Assembly: GCA_951406725.2 (NCBI GenBank)
Contig: OX597835.1
Coordinates: 37,820,001-37,884,000 of the forward strand
Source: Octopus vulgaris
Lineage: Eukaryota
DNA: 64,000 nt
Direction of reading: 5' to 3'
How positions within the stretch are numbered: the first letter of the stretch is position 1; every line of letters starts with the position of its first letter. The notes under the pieces were generated by a model. The model was not told where the DNA came from. It made no database searches and saw only the letters and a list, made by a program, of their open reading frames with translations. Shown here piece after piece: positions 12,967 to 24,139 of the stretch. The translations under genes were made by a program, and so were the position numbers.

Positions 12967-13144
12967 CACTAGAGAAGCTAGAGTATGTATCGCCCAGGGT
13001 GACCCTTCCATTTGCCAACCCCTGGGCCTCACAGACTGCACATATTGCCTACAGCAATAGCTTACAACAGAGTGAAAAGTGCTGCCCCTTTAAAAGTGCC
13101 GCCTGGGATGAACTGCACTACCCCTTCCCTCAGCTACGCTAGTG
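12967..13144. mobile_element. MITE, hAT-like
   Basis: TIRs cactagagaagct / agctacgctagtg. Imperfect 8-bp flanks caagacat / tatgacat. Second copy at 20522-20740. Confidence 0.7.
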
Positions 13145-13310
13145 TATGACATTCCCCTGAATTGAGGCACATATATATGGGTGTGGGCCTTGAGATCACC
13201 TTCCTGTTTTTGGCCAGTCCATTGCAGGGTTGAAGGCCAGTAATTTTGAGGAGAAAAAAAAAGTTACCATTTCATCATGATTATTGATTGTAACACAAAT
13301 TTTTTTATTT

Positions 13311-13400
13311 GGACTCATAAGACTCCAAATATAGGAACTCATAAGACTCCAAATATAGGACTCATAAGACTCCAAATATAGGACTCATAAGACTCCAAAT
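13311..13400. repeat. 23-bp minisatellite, about 4 copies
   Basis: ggactcataagactccaaatata repeated. Confidence 0.9.
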
Positions 13401-13679
13401 TCCATGAGGTATAAGTGAGAGGGATCATGACATTCCCTGGAATGATAATTACTGATCCATTGCAGGGTTCAAGGTCAGCAGTTCTGAGGAAAGGAGACAT
13501 TTTGTTTGCATCAACCCCAGTATATGACTGGTATTTTATTATATCTATAGCAAACTTTATCTTGACAGGATTTGAACTCAGAACATAAACAACAAGACAA
13601 AATACTGCTACTCGTTTTCCATGACATGCTAATAATGGTTCTGCCAGCTTGCTACATTTCCAATGTTTCTTTCTTCACA

Positions 13680-14025
13680 TGCCACTAGCGTTGCCTTACT
13701 GGCACTTGTGCTGGTGGCATGTGAAAAAACATTTGAGCAAGGTCATTGCCAGTGCCACTGGACTGGCTCCTGTGCAGGTGGCACGTAAAAAACACCATTT
13801 GAGTGTGGCCATTGCCAGTGCCACCTGACTTGCCTTTGCGCCGATGGCACATAAAAGCACCCACTACACTCTCAGAGAGGTTGGCGATAGCGAGGGCATC
13901 CAGCTGTAGAAACCCTGCCAGATCAGATTGGAGCCTGGTGCAGCCATCTGGTTTGACAGTCCTCAGTCAAATCGTCCAACCCATGCTAGCATGGAAAGCA
14001 GACATTAAACGATTATGATGATGAT
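13680..14025 (+). mobile_element. RTE LINE 3' UTR fragment
   Basis: ggtggcacgtaaaa sub-repeats and ccatgctagcatgg...ttaaacgat(gat)n tail, as at 33180-33438. Confidence 0.8.
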
Positions 14026-14343
14026 ATCCTTGCATTTGCATTAATTAGCCTCTGAGAAATTCCTGCAGTTTTGTCTTCGATAAAATACATTGATTACCGT
14101 TACCTGGTATTGTTTTCTCTTGGAGTATTCTGTGCAATAATGCCTTTCATTCCAGGAACCAATTCCTTTGATACACATTAAAATTCTCAAAATACCACCT
14201 CCCCATCTCCTTCATGCTTATTTTTCTTTGCCATTCCAACTTGTTTTTCCTTTTTTTCCTTTTATTCATCTGTCCCTTCTTGGCTGTTTTAGTTATTTAT
14301 TTTCTAATAATCCATGTTTATCTCTAGTACCTATCTGTCTATC

Positions 14344-14378
<35 letters not shown>

Positions 14379-14382
<4 letters not shown>

Positions 14383-14859
14383 CCCTTTGCAGGTTAATAT
14401 ATATATCGAGCCTTTCTGGTGACGTCATAAATGCAACAGTAACACCCCCACCACCCTGCCCTGTCCCTAGCCATATTCAGATGGCTTTAGTCCCTTATGT
14501 TATCGAGCAGTTACTGTCTATATCCCTTTTAGAGAATTATTATTGCTTTCGAACAGATTTTCGAAATCAGCAAATGTATTTTGCTTGAAAATCTATATAA
14601 GAAAATCCTGCAGAGTGAGAATTCGTCGAGGAAGCGGAGGCCTACCACACGCCGATGATAGGCAATACACCTTGAAACCATGGTCCGTGTGTGGTTTCCG
14701 CTTCATCGGGGAATTACCTCCTTTGCAGGTTAAGGGCACCGTGACGGTGTCGAGCCTTTCTGGTGACGTCGATGTTCGCCTGGCGCTAAATGCAACAGTA
14801 ACACCCCCACCACCCTGCCCTGTCCCTAGCCATATTCAGATGGCTTTAGTCCCTTATGT

Positions 14860-14862
<3 letters not shown>
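14379..14862 (+). mobile_element. HHR-containing partial tandem repeat, 359-bp period (retrozyme or Penelope pLTR-like)
   Basis: 14428-14503 is identical to 14787-14862. (TA)n on both sides; HHR lies between the two copies. Confidence 0.75.
14645..14694 (+). ncRNA. Type I hammerhead ribozyme, near-canonical
   Basis: acacg-CCGATGA-taggcaatacacctt-GAAA-ccatgg-TC-cgtgt. Palindromic stem III accatggt and GUC cleavage site. Stem I extends by gaagcgga/tccgcttc. Has a U4-to-C change and a weak stem II closing pair. Confidence 0.75.
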
Positions 14863-14891
<29 letters not shown>

Positions 14892-14896
14892 TATAC

Positions 14897-14987
<91 letters not shown>

Positions 14988-14989
<2 letters not shown>

Positions 14990-15235
14990 GTGGAGGCACG
15001 TGGCTTCGTGGTTAGGGTATCAGCACAATGATTGTAAGATTGTGGTTTCGATTCCTGGACCGGGCGACGTGTTGTGTTCTTGAGAAAAACACTTCATATC
15101 ACGTTAGTTCAGTCCACTCAGCTGGCAAAAATTCGTAATGCTATGATGGACTGGCATCCCATCAAGCTGGGGAACACATACGCCATAGAAACTAGGAAAC
15201 CGGGCCCATGAGCCTGGCTAGGCTTTAAAAAAAGG
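14988..15235 (+). mobile_element. CORE-like tRNA SINE
   Basis: tRNA-like head (tggcttcgtggttaggg...gtttcgattcc) followed by ttgagaaaaacacttcat...cagtccactcagctgg. Confidence 0.75.
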
Positions 15236-15375
15236 CCACATTTTTTTTATTTATTTTAATTTTTATTTTATATATATATATATATAGTCAGTTCAAGGAT
15301 GTCATTTCCTTATTAGGGATTAATAAATCCAAAATTTCACTGGTTTAATCTCCATCCCATTACAAGAAAATTCCC

Positions 15376-15446
<71 letters not shown>

Positions 15447-15720
15447 ATGTGTGTATGTATGTATGCATGTATGTATGTATATGTATGCGTATATATGTGT
15501 GTGTGTATATATATATATATTGTGTGTGTATATATATATATGTATGTATATATATGTATATATATATGTATATTTATATATATATATGTGTATATATATA
15601 TGTATGTATATATTTATATGTATATATATATGTATATTTATAAATATGTGTGTGTGTGTATGTATGTATGTATGTATGCATATATGTATATATATGTATG
15701 TGTATATATGTATGTGTGTG

Positions 15721-15752
<32 letters not shown>

Positions 15753-15788
15753 TGTATGTATATATATGTATATATATATATGTATATT

Positions 15789-15819
<31 letters not shown>

Positions 15820-15856
15820 ATATATATATATATATATGTATATTTATAAATATATA

Positions 15857-15897
<41 letters not shown>

Positions 15898-16631
15898 ATA
15901 TATATATATATATATATATAAATTATATATATATATATATATATCAGAAAGCAAAGGTTGTTTTGTTAAGTACGACAGCACATAATAATGATTAATTATA
16001 TCGGTTAATAATGCATTTTTGGTTAAAACAGCAAAAACAAAAAAAAAACCCATTCCACTGCATCTGCTCTGCTCTTCTGCTCTGGTATGCATATGAGTAC
16101 AGTTGTAGTAGTAGTAATAATAATAATAACATCAACAACAGCAACGATAATGATAATTTTAATCAAATGTAAAAATATATTTGGCGAAAGTAAAAATGAT
16201 TGCACTCACAGAGAAGAAATTGTTTTTGAGATAGAAAAAAAATAAGGTACTGTGCAAAACGGAAGAATCATTTTGCAGTTTTGATTGAATATATTTCCTC
16301 AGTAATTTGAGAAGAAGGCATTTGAAAGACCTCTTGAAATAAAATGAATGTATGTGTCATGGAATTTCTAAGAAAAAATTTTTGTTTCTGCTTCTCTCTC
16401 CTCTCTCTCTTTCTCCCTCTCCCTCCCTCTCACTCTCTCTCTCTCTCCCTTCTCTCTCTCCCCACTCTCTCTTACTCCCCCTCTTTCTCCTCCTCTCTCT
16501 CTTTCTCTTACAGATTCAAATGCATACACATATTCAAGCAAAGACACACACAGGAACATAACCTTAAAGCAAAAAATATTTAAAAGGTGATTTGCAGTTC
16601 AAAGTATTTTCAAAGGTCAAAATCACACTGT

Positions 16632-16669
<38 letters not shown>

Positions 16670-16853
16670 TGCACATGCACACACGTAGGTGTGTGGTAAA
16701 AAGTTTGCTTTCCAACCACACGATTCTGGGTTCAGTCCCACTGCATGGCACCTTGGGCAAGTGTCTCCTATAGCCTCAGGCTGATGAAAGCCTTGGGAGT
16801 GGATTTGGTAGACAAAAACTGAAAGAAGCCCATCAGATATATATATATACATA

Positions 16854-18179
16854 CAGTCATTGGACAAAATAATGGAAACACCTAGCATCATAGCATCATA
16901 ATTTTGAAATATCTACAAAACTGTCAAAAGCTTGTTTATTTTTGCGTTTTTTTAAATTTATTATTACTGTTGCTTAATATGTTTTGCTAAAATTGTTGTT
17001 TCTTTTCAGATATCATCAGGAAAAGGTAATTAAAATTCATTAAAATGACAGATCTATCGGACTTTCAAAGAGGTCAAACTGTTGGTGCTTGTATGACAGA
17101 TGCTAGCATAACGAAAACAGCTGAAATGTTGCAGTGAAAGAGTACAGCAGGGTCTACCACCACCCACTGACGGAGTCTCGTGGAGCTGGTGTATCAAGAA
17201 TTACTGTCTCAAAAGTAATGACAGCCTTTGAGAAAGAGGGAAAAAGCTTGTCGACATAAAACTCCGGAAGAAAACCAAAACTTTGAGATAGGAATCGTTG
17301 GATTCTTACACGAATTGTTAGAAAGGATCACAAAAGTACAGTTCACAGAAGTACTGCAGAGTTTAATGGCTACCTTGAGAACCCAGTTTCCACAAAAACT
17401 GTTCACTGAGAGCTGCACAAAGCCGGATTTCACAGGAGGGCTACAATCAGAAAACCATTACTTTCAAAAACAAACATTGCCAAGCATTTAGAGTAGAGTA
17501 AAAACCTATAGAATTGGTCCCTAGAGCAGTGGAAGAATTTTATTTTCTTGGACGAGTCATCCTTTACCTTATTTTCGACCACCAGCTGAGTATACGTGTA
17601 GAGACAGCCAAAAGAAGCATTTGACTCAGACTGCCTTCTTCCAACTGTTAAACATGGAGGAAGATCTGAGATGATCTGGGTGGCTATATCTTGGAAATCT
17701 GCCGACCCAATGGTTTCTCTTCATGGCAGAATTAATAGTCAAGACTGTTTAAGCATTTTATCTGATCAAATTCACCCTACGGTTGAGGAACTGTTTCTGG
17801 GAGGAAACAATCTTTCAGGATGATAATGCACCAATTCACACAGGTAAAGTTGTTACTGAATGGCACAAGGAATATCCTAGTGAAGTTGAACATCGTATCT
17901 GGTCACCACAGTCCCCAGATCTCAATATTATTGAACATTTACGGTGCATTTTTGAAAATCAAGTAAGGAGTCGATATCCTCCACCATCATTACCACAAGA
18001 ACTGGAGACTGTTTTAGCTGAAGAATGCACAAAAATTCGTTTGGAAATAATTCAAGCTTTGTATGTGTCCATACCTCATAGAATTCAAGCTGTAATTACT
18101 GGCAAAGGCGGTCCTACCCCATATTAAAATAAATTTGTTTAAAATTTTAAGGTGCTTCCATTATTTTGTCCAGCCCCTG
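16854..18179 (+). mobile_element. Full-length Tc1-like DNA transposon (DD36E), ~1.3 kb
   Basis: ~30-bp TIRs cagtcattggacaaaataatggaaacacct / aggtgcttccattattttgtccagcccctg. TA on the left, TG (mutated) on the right. Confidence 0.9.
17045..18127 (+). pseudogene. Tc1 transposase, disrupted
   Basis: MTDLSDFQRGQ..., FIFLDESSF, FQDDNAPIH, SPDLNIIE, GKGGPTPY-stop. Contains frameshifts, stops and a 56-bp insertion. Confidence 0.9.
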
Positions 18180-18181
18180 TG

Positions 18182-18212
<31 letters not shown>

Positions 18213-18786
18213 TTATGTATCTATGTATATGTTTATGTGTAAGCATGTTTGTGTTTGCCTCCCCACCACTGTTTGACAACCGGTGTTGGTGTGGTTATGT
18301 TCCCATAACTTAGTAGTCCAGCAAAACAGACCAATAGAATAGGTACTAGGCTTAAACATATAAGACCAGGGATTTCTTCAACTAAAACCCTTCAAGGTGG
18401 TGCTCCAGCATGGCCGTAGTCACTTGACTGAAACAAGATAAAAGATACATACATGTGCACACACACACACACACACACACACCTGCACATGCATGCACAG
18501 ACACGTGCTTGGTTGCTTCTGAAGCACATGCTTTTGGGTTCAGTTCCAGGGCAATGAACTGTGATCAAGTGTCTTTAACTCTGGGAGTTGACCAGAGTCT
18601 GATGATTAGATGTGGCAAAGAGAATCTTGACTGGTTAACCAGGGCTGTCCTGGGGTTGAACAAGAACAGCAAAAACAATGATAAAAGTGGACACATAAGA
18701 GATCTTTAACAGCTGGACTGCTTGATCAGGATTGACCTGGGGTTAAAGAACAACAATAGAAACACCAACAACATATACGTAAAAGT

Positions 18787-19232
18787 GATCTTTAACCACT
18801 GGACTGCTTGACCAGGACTGAACTTGGGTTAAAAAAGATCAACAACAACAGACAGACACACAGACAAATGACATAAACTTTTGAGCATTAGACCTCTTGA
18901 CCAGAACTGACCGGGAGCTAAACAACAACATAAAAGAGATCTTTAACCACTGGACTGCTTGACCAGGACTGAACTTGGGTTAAAAAAGAGCAACAACAAC
19001 AGACAGACACACAGACAAATGACATAAACTTTTGAGCATTAGACCTCTTGACCAGAACTGACCGGGAGCTAAATAACAACATAAAAGAGATCTTTAACCA
19101 CTGGACTGCTTGACCAGGACTGAACTTCGGTTAAAAAAAGAGCAACAACAACAGACAGACACACAGACAAATGAAATAAACTTTTGAACATTAGACCTCT
19201 TGACCAGAACTGACCGGGAGCTAAAAAACAAC
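18787..19232. repeat. 151-bp tandem repeat, 3 copies
   Basis: Units start at 18787, 18938 and 19089 and are near-identical. Degenerate sub-units at 18625-18760. Confidence 0.9.
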
Positions 19233-19282
19233 AGCAATAACATACATAGGCAAAATAAATGTTTTTCTCTGCTATATTTTAG

Positions 19283-19466
19283 GACATCAGTGGTAAACTG
19301 CTGGACTTGTTTTGGCTGGAATGGAATGCTGATGTCAAAATGCTGGCTGCGTATTGCCTTGGATGCAACAATCAAGGGAAACGGTTCCACGATGATTTGC
19401 TAAACAAATTGGATTGCTCGGATGATTCTATTCGTCGGAAGGCTCTCTGGATTATTGGACAATTCA
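19283..19466 (+). CDS. HEATR4: Internal coding exon of a HEAT-repeat protein, HEATR4-like
   Basis: Polypyrimidine acceptor ttttag| and donor |gtaagt. 184 nt open in phase 0: DISGKLLDLFWLEWNADVKMLAAYCLGCNNQGKRFHDDLLNKLDCSDDSIRRKALWIIGQF. Matches, from memory, the HEATR4 pattern KL..LMW.DWN.EVR..AA..LG....GK.VHD....KL........R..AL..IG.L. Confidence 0.75.
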
Positions 19467-19669
19467 GTAAGTAAATTTAATCATCATTAACACAGGGGCT
19501 GGATTGTTAACGAGGTTGCTTTGTAATAACATAGCCCTTGGTTCAAGCTGACAGCATGTGCACACACACACACAGACACACACACACACAAATACACATA
19601 CACACACACACACAGACACGCACACGCACATGCACACACACACACACATTTATATGTAAATACATAGTA

Positions 19670-20115
19670 GGCAGAGAGGTGGCTGTGTGGTAAGGAGCTT
19701 GCTTACCAACCACATGGTTCTGGGTTCAGTCCCACTTCATGGTACTTTGGGCAAGTGTTTTCTACTATAGCCTTGGACTGACCAAAACCTTGTAATTGGA
19801 TTTGGTAGATGGAAACTGAAAGAATCCTGTCGTATATATATATATATATATTCTAGCAAAAACTGTCTGATGAACGGCAACGAGAAACTCAGAGTAACAG
19901 ATTTTGTTGAATTTACTGCTGCTTAAAAATAAAGTATATATATGTATGCGTGTGTGTGTGTATATTTCTGTGTCTGTGCTTGACTCCCACCATCGCTTGA
20001 CAACCGATATTGGTGTGTTTACACTAGGCTTAGAAAGTATATGTCCTGGGGTTGATTTGTTCGTTTAAAGGCAGTGCTCCAGCATGGCTACAGTCAAATG
20101 TCTGAAACAAATAAG
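19670..20115 (+). mobile_element. SINE family A with an HHR fragment in its central microsatellite
   Basis: 5' half to about 19832, foreign piece at 19851-19934, 3' half to about 20115. Confidence 0.8.
19851..19912 (+). ncRNA. Minimal type I hammerhead ribozyme motif
   Basis: ctgt-CTGATGA-acggcaacga-GAAA-ctcagag-TA-acag. Extended stem I (gcaaaa/ttttgt), stem III actc/gagt, GUA site. Stem II closing pair is mismatched. Confidence 0.7.
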
Positions 20116-20154
20116 AGACAGAAAATATAGAACACAGAGGGAGGGGGGTTGAGG

Positions 20155-20238
20155 TATCCTACAGCTGTTTCAGACATGGTTACTAGTGATGAACAAATCA
20201 ATTACATCAGGAAAAACGAATGTTTTCATCAGGTGAAT
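20155..20238 (-). ncRNA. Decayed hammerhead motif
   Basis: Minus strand CTGATGA-aaacat...atgtct-GAAA-cagctg-TA with a palindromic stem III. Stem I is poor. Confidence 0.5.
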
Positions 20239-20329
20239 TAAAATATAGATCTATAATTTAACATTTAGACTTTAACTCATAAAGAATTCTTTATGAGCAA
20301 AATCCTAAATTTTAAATACAACACACACA

Positions 20330-20386
<57 letters not shown>

Positions 20387-20521
20387 ACATACACGCACAC
20401 AAATTTGTTGGGCTTCGAAGCAGTTTTTTTCTCACAATTCTCCTTAAGAATGAATTGGCTGGGTAAGGTTATAGAAGGAATCATTCACCCAAGCAGCTGT
20501 AGAGTGAGACTGAACCTGAAC

Positions 20522-20740
20522 CACTAGCATAGCTAGATCGTGTGCCGCCTGGGGCGGCCCTTCTGTTTGCTGCCCTCGGGCCCCACAAGAAACACACATT
20601 GCCTACAGCAGACCCAAAAGTGACACCTCTTTAAAAGTGCCGCTCCTTTAAAAGTGCCACCACTTTAAAATTGCCACCCCTTTAAAAGTGCCGCCCGTGG
20701 TGGACTGCACCTACCAACTCCCCCTCCAGCTACACTAGTG
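20522..20740. mobile_element. MITE, hAT-like (second copy)
   Basis: TIRs cactagcatagct / agctacactagtg and an internal ~17-bp repeat ctttaaaagtgcc in 4 copies. Sits inside an old SINE A relic. Confidence 0.7.
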
Positions 20741-20957
20741 GACTGCATCCAAAATCACATGGTTACACGACTTCCTTCAAAGCTATGAAGTTTTACCTGT
20801 CCTGTACATGCACATGTGCGCATGCACACTCACACACACAAATGCACACACATACAGACCTATATGTTCACTGAAATGCATGCACAGAAATACACATAAA
20901 ACCCCACACACACACATATACATGCATATATATGTTTGAATATATTTGTAAACACAC

Positions 20958-21298
20958 TTTTTTTTTTTTATTATCATGGCTGCCCCCTCGTTATCGAGTA
21001 TGGCCATTGCACGAAGCTTAACTGTTATTAGTGCTGTGATAGAATGTGACTTTTTAGCCCAGCTAAAGATCTACAATGTCTTGTACAGAATAGGCAACTA
21101 AAACCTTTACCGGTAGTAGCCGGCTGTAGTTGTAACTGGGCTTCATGTACCTTTGCATGTTGTTTAAGTCCTCTTGCCGAATTACACTCCCTTCCATATG
21201 CCCGACAGATATGATTAGTATGGTGTGTTACACCACCACCAGTGGCCAGGTTGTCACTCATCTGTCTCATTTTATGTCTACGAAGATGACTCATGAGT
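20958..21298 (-). mobile_element. LINE 3' end (RTE-like) encoding tandem C2H2-like fingers
   Basis: L.SHLRRH, C..YGREC.SARGLKQHAKVH, CLFCTRHCRSLAGLKSHILSQH-stop, then a short UTR and an A-rich tail. 5' end breaks off at a (TG)n tract. Confidence 0.6.
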
Positions 21299-21706
21299 AA
21301 ACACACACACACACACATACATATATATATTTGTATATATGTACATGCACACACAAAAATACACATATACCCACACACACATATATATATACATACTTGC
21401 AAGCTGAGCAAAAAGTGTACATACGCCACTATATATATTTATAAATCCCAAAATACGGAACAAGAACGTAATGGACAACAATAAAAACAACATATGGACG
21501 ATACAAAGACGGACAAGAAAACCAGGACAGACCTATTTATATATATTTGTATATATGTACACACACACACACATACACACACACACACACACAGATATAC
21601 ACACACACATATGTACATACATTTATATATGAATGCTATCATCATCATCATCATAATATTTAAATTCATTTACTGTCAACAAAGGATGCCTCTTACCCAA
21701 CATCAG

Positions 21707-21744
<38 letters not shown>

Positions 21745-21808
21745 CCAATCTGTTTCACCTTCTCTTACCTTTCCTTTACTTAGCTCTCTCTTTCACATCT
21801 CTTCCTCC

Positions 21809-21840
<32 letters not shown>

Positions 21841-21858
21841 TTCACATCTCTTCCTCTC

Positions 21859-21893
<35 letters not shown>

Positions 21894-21912
21894 ATTTTCT
21901 CTCTCTTCCTCC

Positions 21913-21944
<32 letters not shown>

Positions 21945-22494
21945 TTCTCTCTCTCTCTTTCTCTCTCTCTCTTTCTCTCTCTCTCTTTCTCTCTCTCTCT
22001 TTCACATATCTTCCTCCCCTCTCTCTCTCTTTCTCTCTTTCTCTCTTTCTCTCTCTCTCTCTACTCCTCTTTCTCTCTCCCTTTTCAATTTCTCCCTCTC
22101 TTTCTTTCTATCGATGTTCTGCTTTTGTCTAAGGAATGGTTTGGCATTGAAGATGTTTCAAGGTTTTCCAGAACATTCTTGTTAACAGCCCATGTCATGT
22201 GATCGTGGCAGCAGAGTGTGGGTGGGCTGAAAGTTTGTGGGGGTGAGGTAGGTGTGGGGGTGAGTATATTGGCTTGGTTGATGTTGTTGTTGTTGGCGGT
22301 TCTGTTTGTGATGATAGCAACGATGGTGATGATGATGATGATGATGATGATGGTGGTGACGTTGACGACAGGCAGGAGGAGTGGCATGGAGGGGGGGTAG
22401 GGGGGGTTGGGGGAGAAGAATGTTAAAGACAGCCTTGTTATTAGCTGTGTCCTATTTGAACTCTGTTAATAGATGAAGCCTGTAATTATCGAGA

Positions 22495-22654
22495 AGATGA
22501 TGGTGATGATGATGATGGTGGTGGTGGTGGTGGTGGTGGTGGTTGTGGTGTTGACGATGATGAAGTTTTGTGATGCTGCTGCTACAGCTGATGACAATGT
22601 TGATGATGATGATGATAGTTATCATGATGATCACGATGGTCATAATGATGGTGG

Positions 22655-22710
<56 letters not shown>

Positions 22711-22995
22711 GTAGTTATCATGATGATCACGATGGTCATAATGATGGTGATGATGATGATGATTGTGGTGGTGCTGGTGGTGCTGGTGATGATAATGATG
22801 ATGACTAGGACGAAGATGATGATGAGGATGAGGATAACAATGGTGAGGCTGATGGTGCTGCTACTGCTGTCGCTGATTATCACGTTGATGATTGTTATGA
22901 TGGTGATGATGATAATGACTACATCAGTTTGCTGCTGTTGTTGTTGTTGTTGTTCATGGTGGTGGCAGTAGCAACGGTGGTGATGGTAGTGATGC
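22495..22995. repeat. Degenerate (GAT/GGT)n trinucleotide tract
   Basis: Directly visible in the sequence. Confidence 0.9.
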
Positions 22996-23279
22996 AAGTG
23001 ACATTTTTGATTAATTAAACTGGCAGTGTGTTAATAATTAATGCAATTCTCCTCTCTCTCTCTCACTCTCTTTCTCTTTCCCTCTCTCTCTCTCTCTCCC
23101 CTCCACGCTTCCCCCCACCCTCACCCATATGTTTCAATTACGCCCCTTCCCACCCTCGCTCACCATCTGCCACCTCAACTCCACACCGTCTCTCCCAGAG
23201 GACACATGCTGCTCATCAAACTGACCGCTAGGTGGAAAACTAACTGATTAGTTGACCAAACAATAATTAACAAACAAAC

Positions 23280-23542
23280 CGTTATCATCATCACCATCAT
23301 CACCATCATCATCATCATCACCCATGTGATTGTCCTTGTCGTCACCGTCGTCATCGTCATCGTCATCCTCATCTGTACCATCATTGTTACCAACAAACCA
23401 ACCAGCCAGCCAGCCAACCACAACTATTTTTTTTTACACCATTTTGATTAATGTCATTAGCATTTCTCATTGCCAAAACCATTGATATCATCAGCATCAT
23501 CGTCGTCATTGTCATCGTCATCATCATCATCATCATCATCAA

Positions 23543-23581
<39 letters not shown>

Positions 23582-23870
23582 TATCCTCGTCATCATCGTC
23601 AGTAGCAGCAGTGTTATTGTCATCGTTGTCATCATCATCATTGTCGTCATCGTCGTCATCACCATCATCATTGTCATCATCATCGGCATCATCAACAGCA
23701 CAACTATGCTCACCACCACAACCACCACTCTTACCATGATGATCATCATCATCCTCATCATCCTCATCATCATCATCATCATTAACATTATCGTTGTTGC
23801 CTTCATCTTTATTGTTGTCAGCATCTTCTTCCTTGTAATCGACATATTCATTATCATTCATCATTATCAG
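23280..23870. repeat. Degenerate (CAT)n tract
   Basis: Directly visible in the sequence. Confidence 0.9.
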
Positions 23871-24139
23871 GACCCTTAATTGCAGCATATCTTAGCTGTT
23901 GGCCCTACAACCCCTATTATATTCCCATTAATACACCCCCATCAGCATAAAACACTGACAAAGCTTACACAAAGCTAAACAATCCATTAGAAATAGTAGT
24001 CAAATCACTCTCAAATCCCACTACATTGTTTGTAAAAAAAGTAGCCCATGGAAAGAAGGCTTTGGTACTTGGTCAAGAATTTGCCAAAAAGTAGGGGTCT
24101 GTGGCTAAATTGGTTAGTGAAAGGAACTACTGTAAGCAT

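Larger units (their letters stand above)
16686..18447 (+). mobile_element. SINE family A copy split by a Tc1 element
   Basis: 5' half at 16686-16853 and 3' half at 18180-18447. Confidence 0.8.

Noticed and set aside
13311-13400. CRISPR-like short repeats (also 44634-44698 and the ggtggcacgtaaaa sub-repeats of the RTE UTR)
   Set aside because: They are contiguous tandem units or LINE UTR sub-repeats with no unique spacers, no cas genes, and a eukaryotic context.
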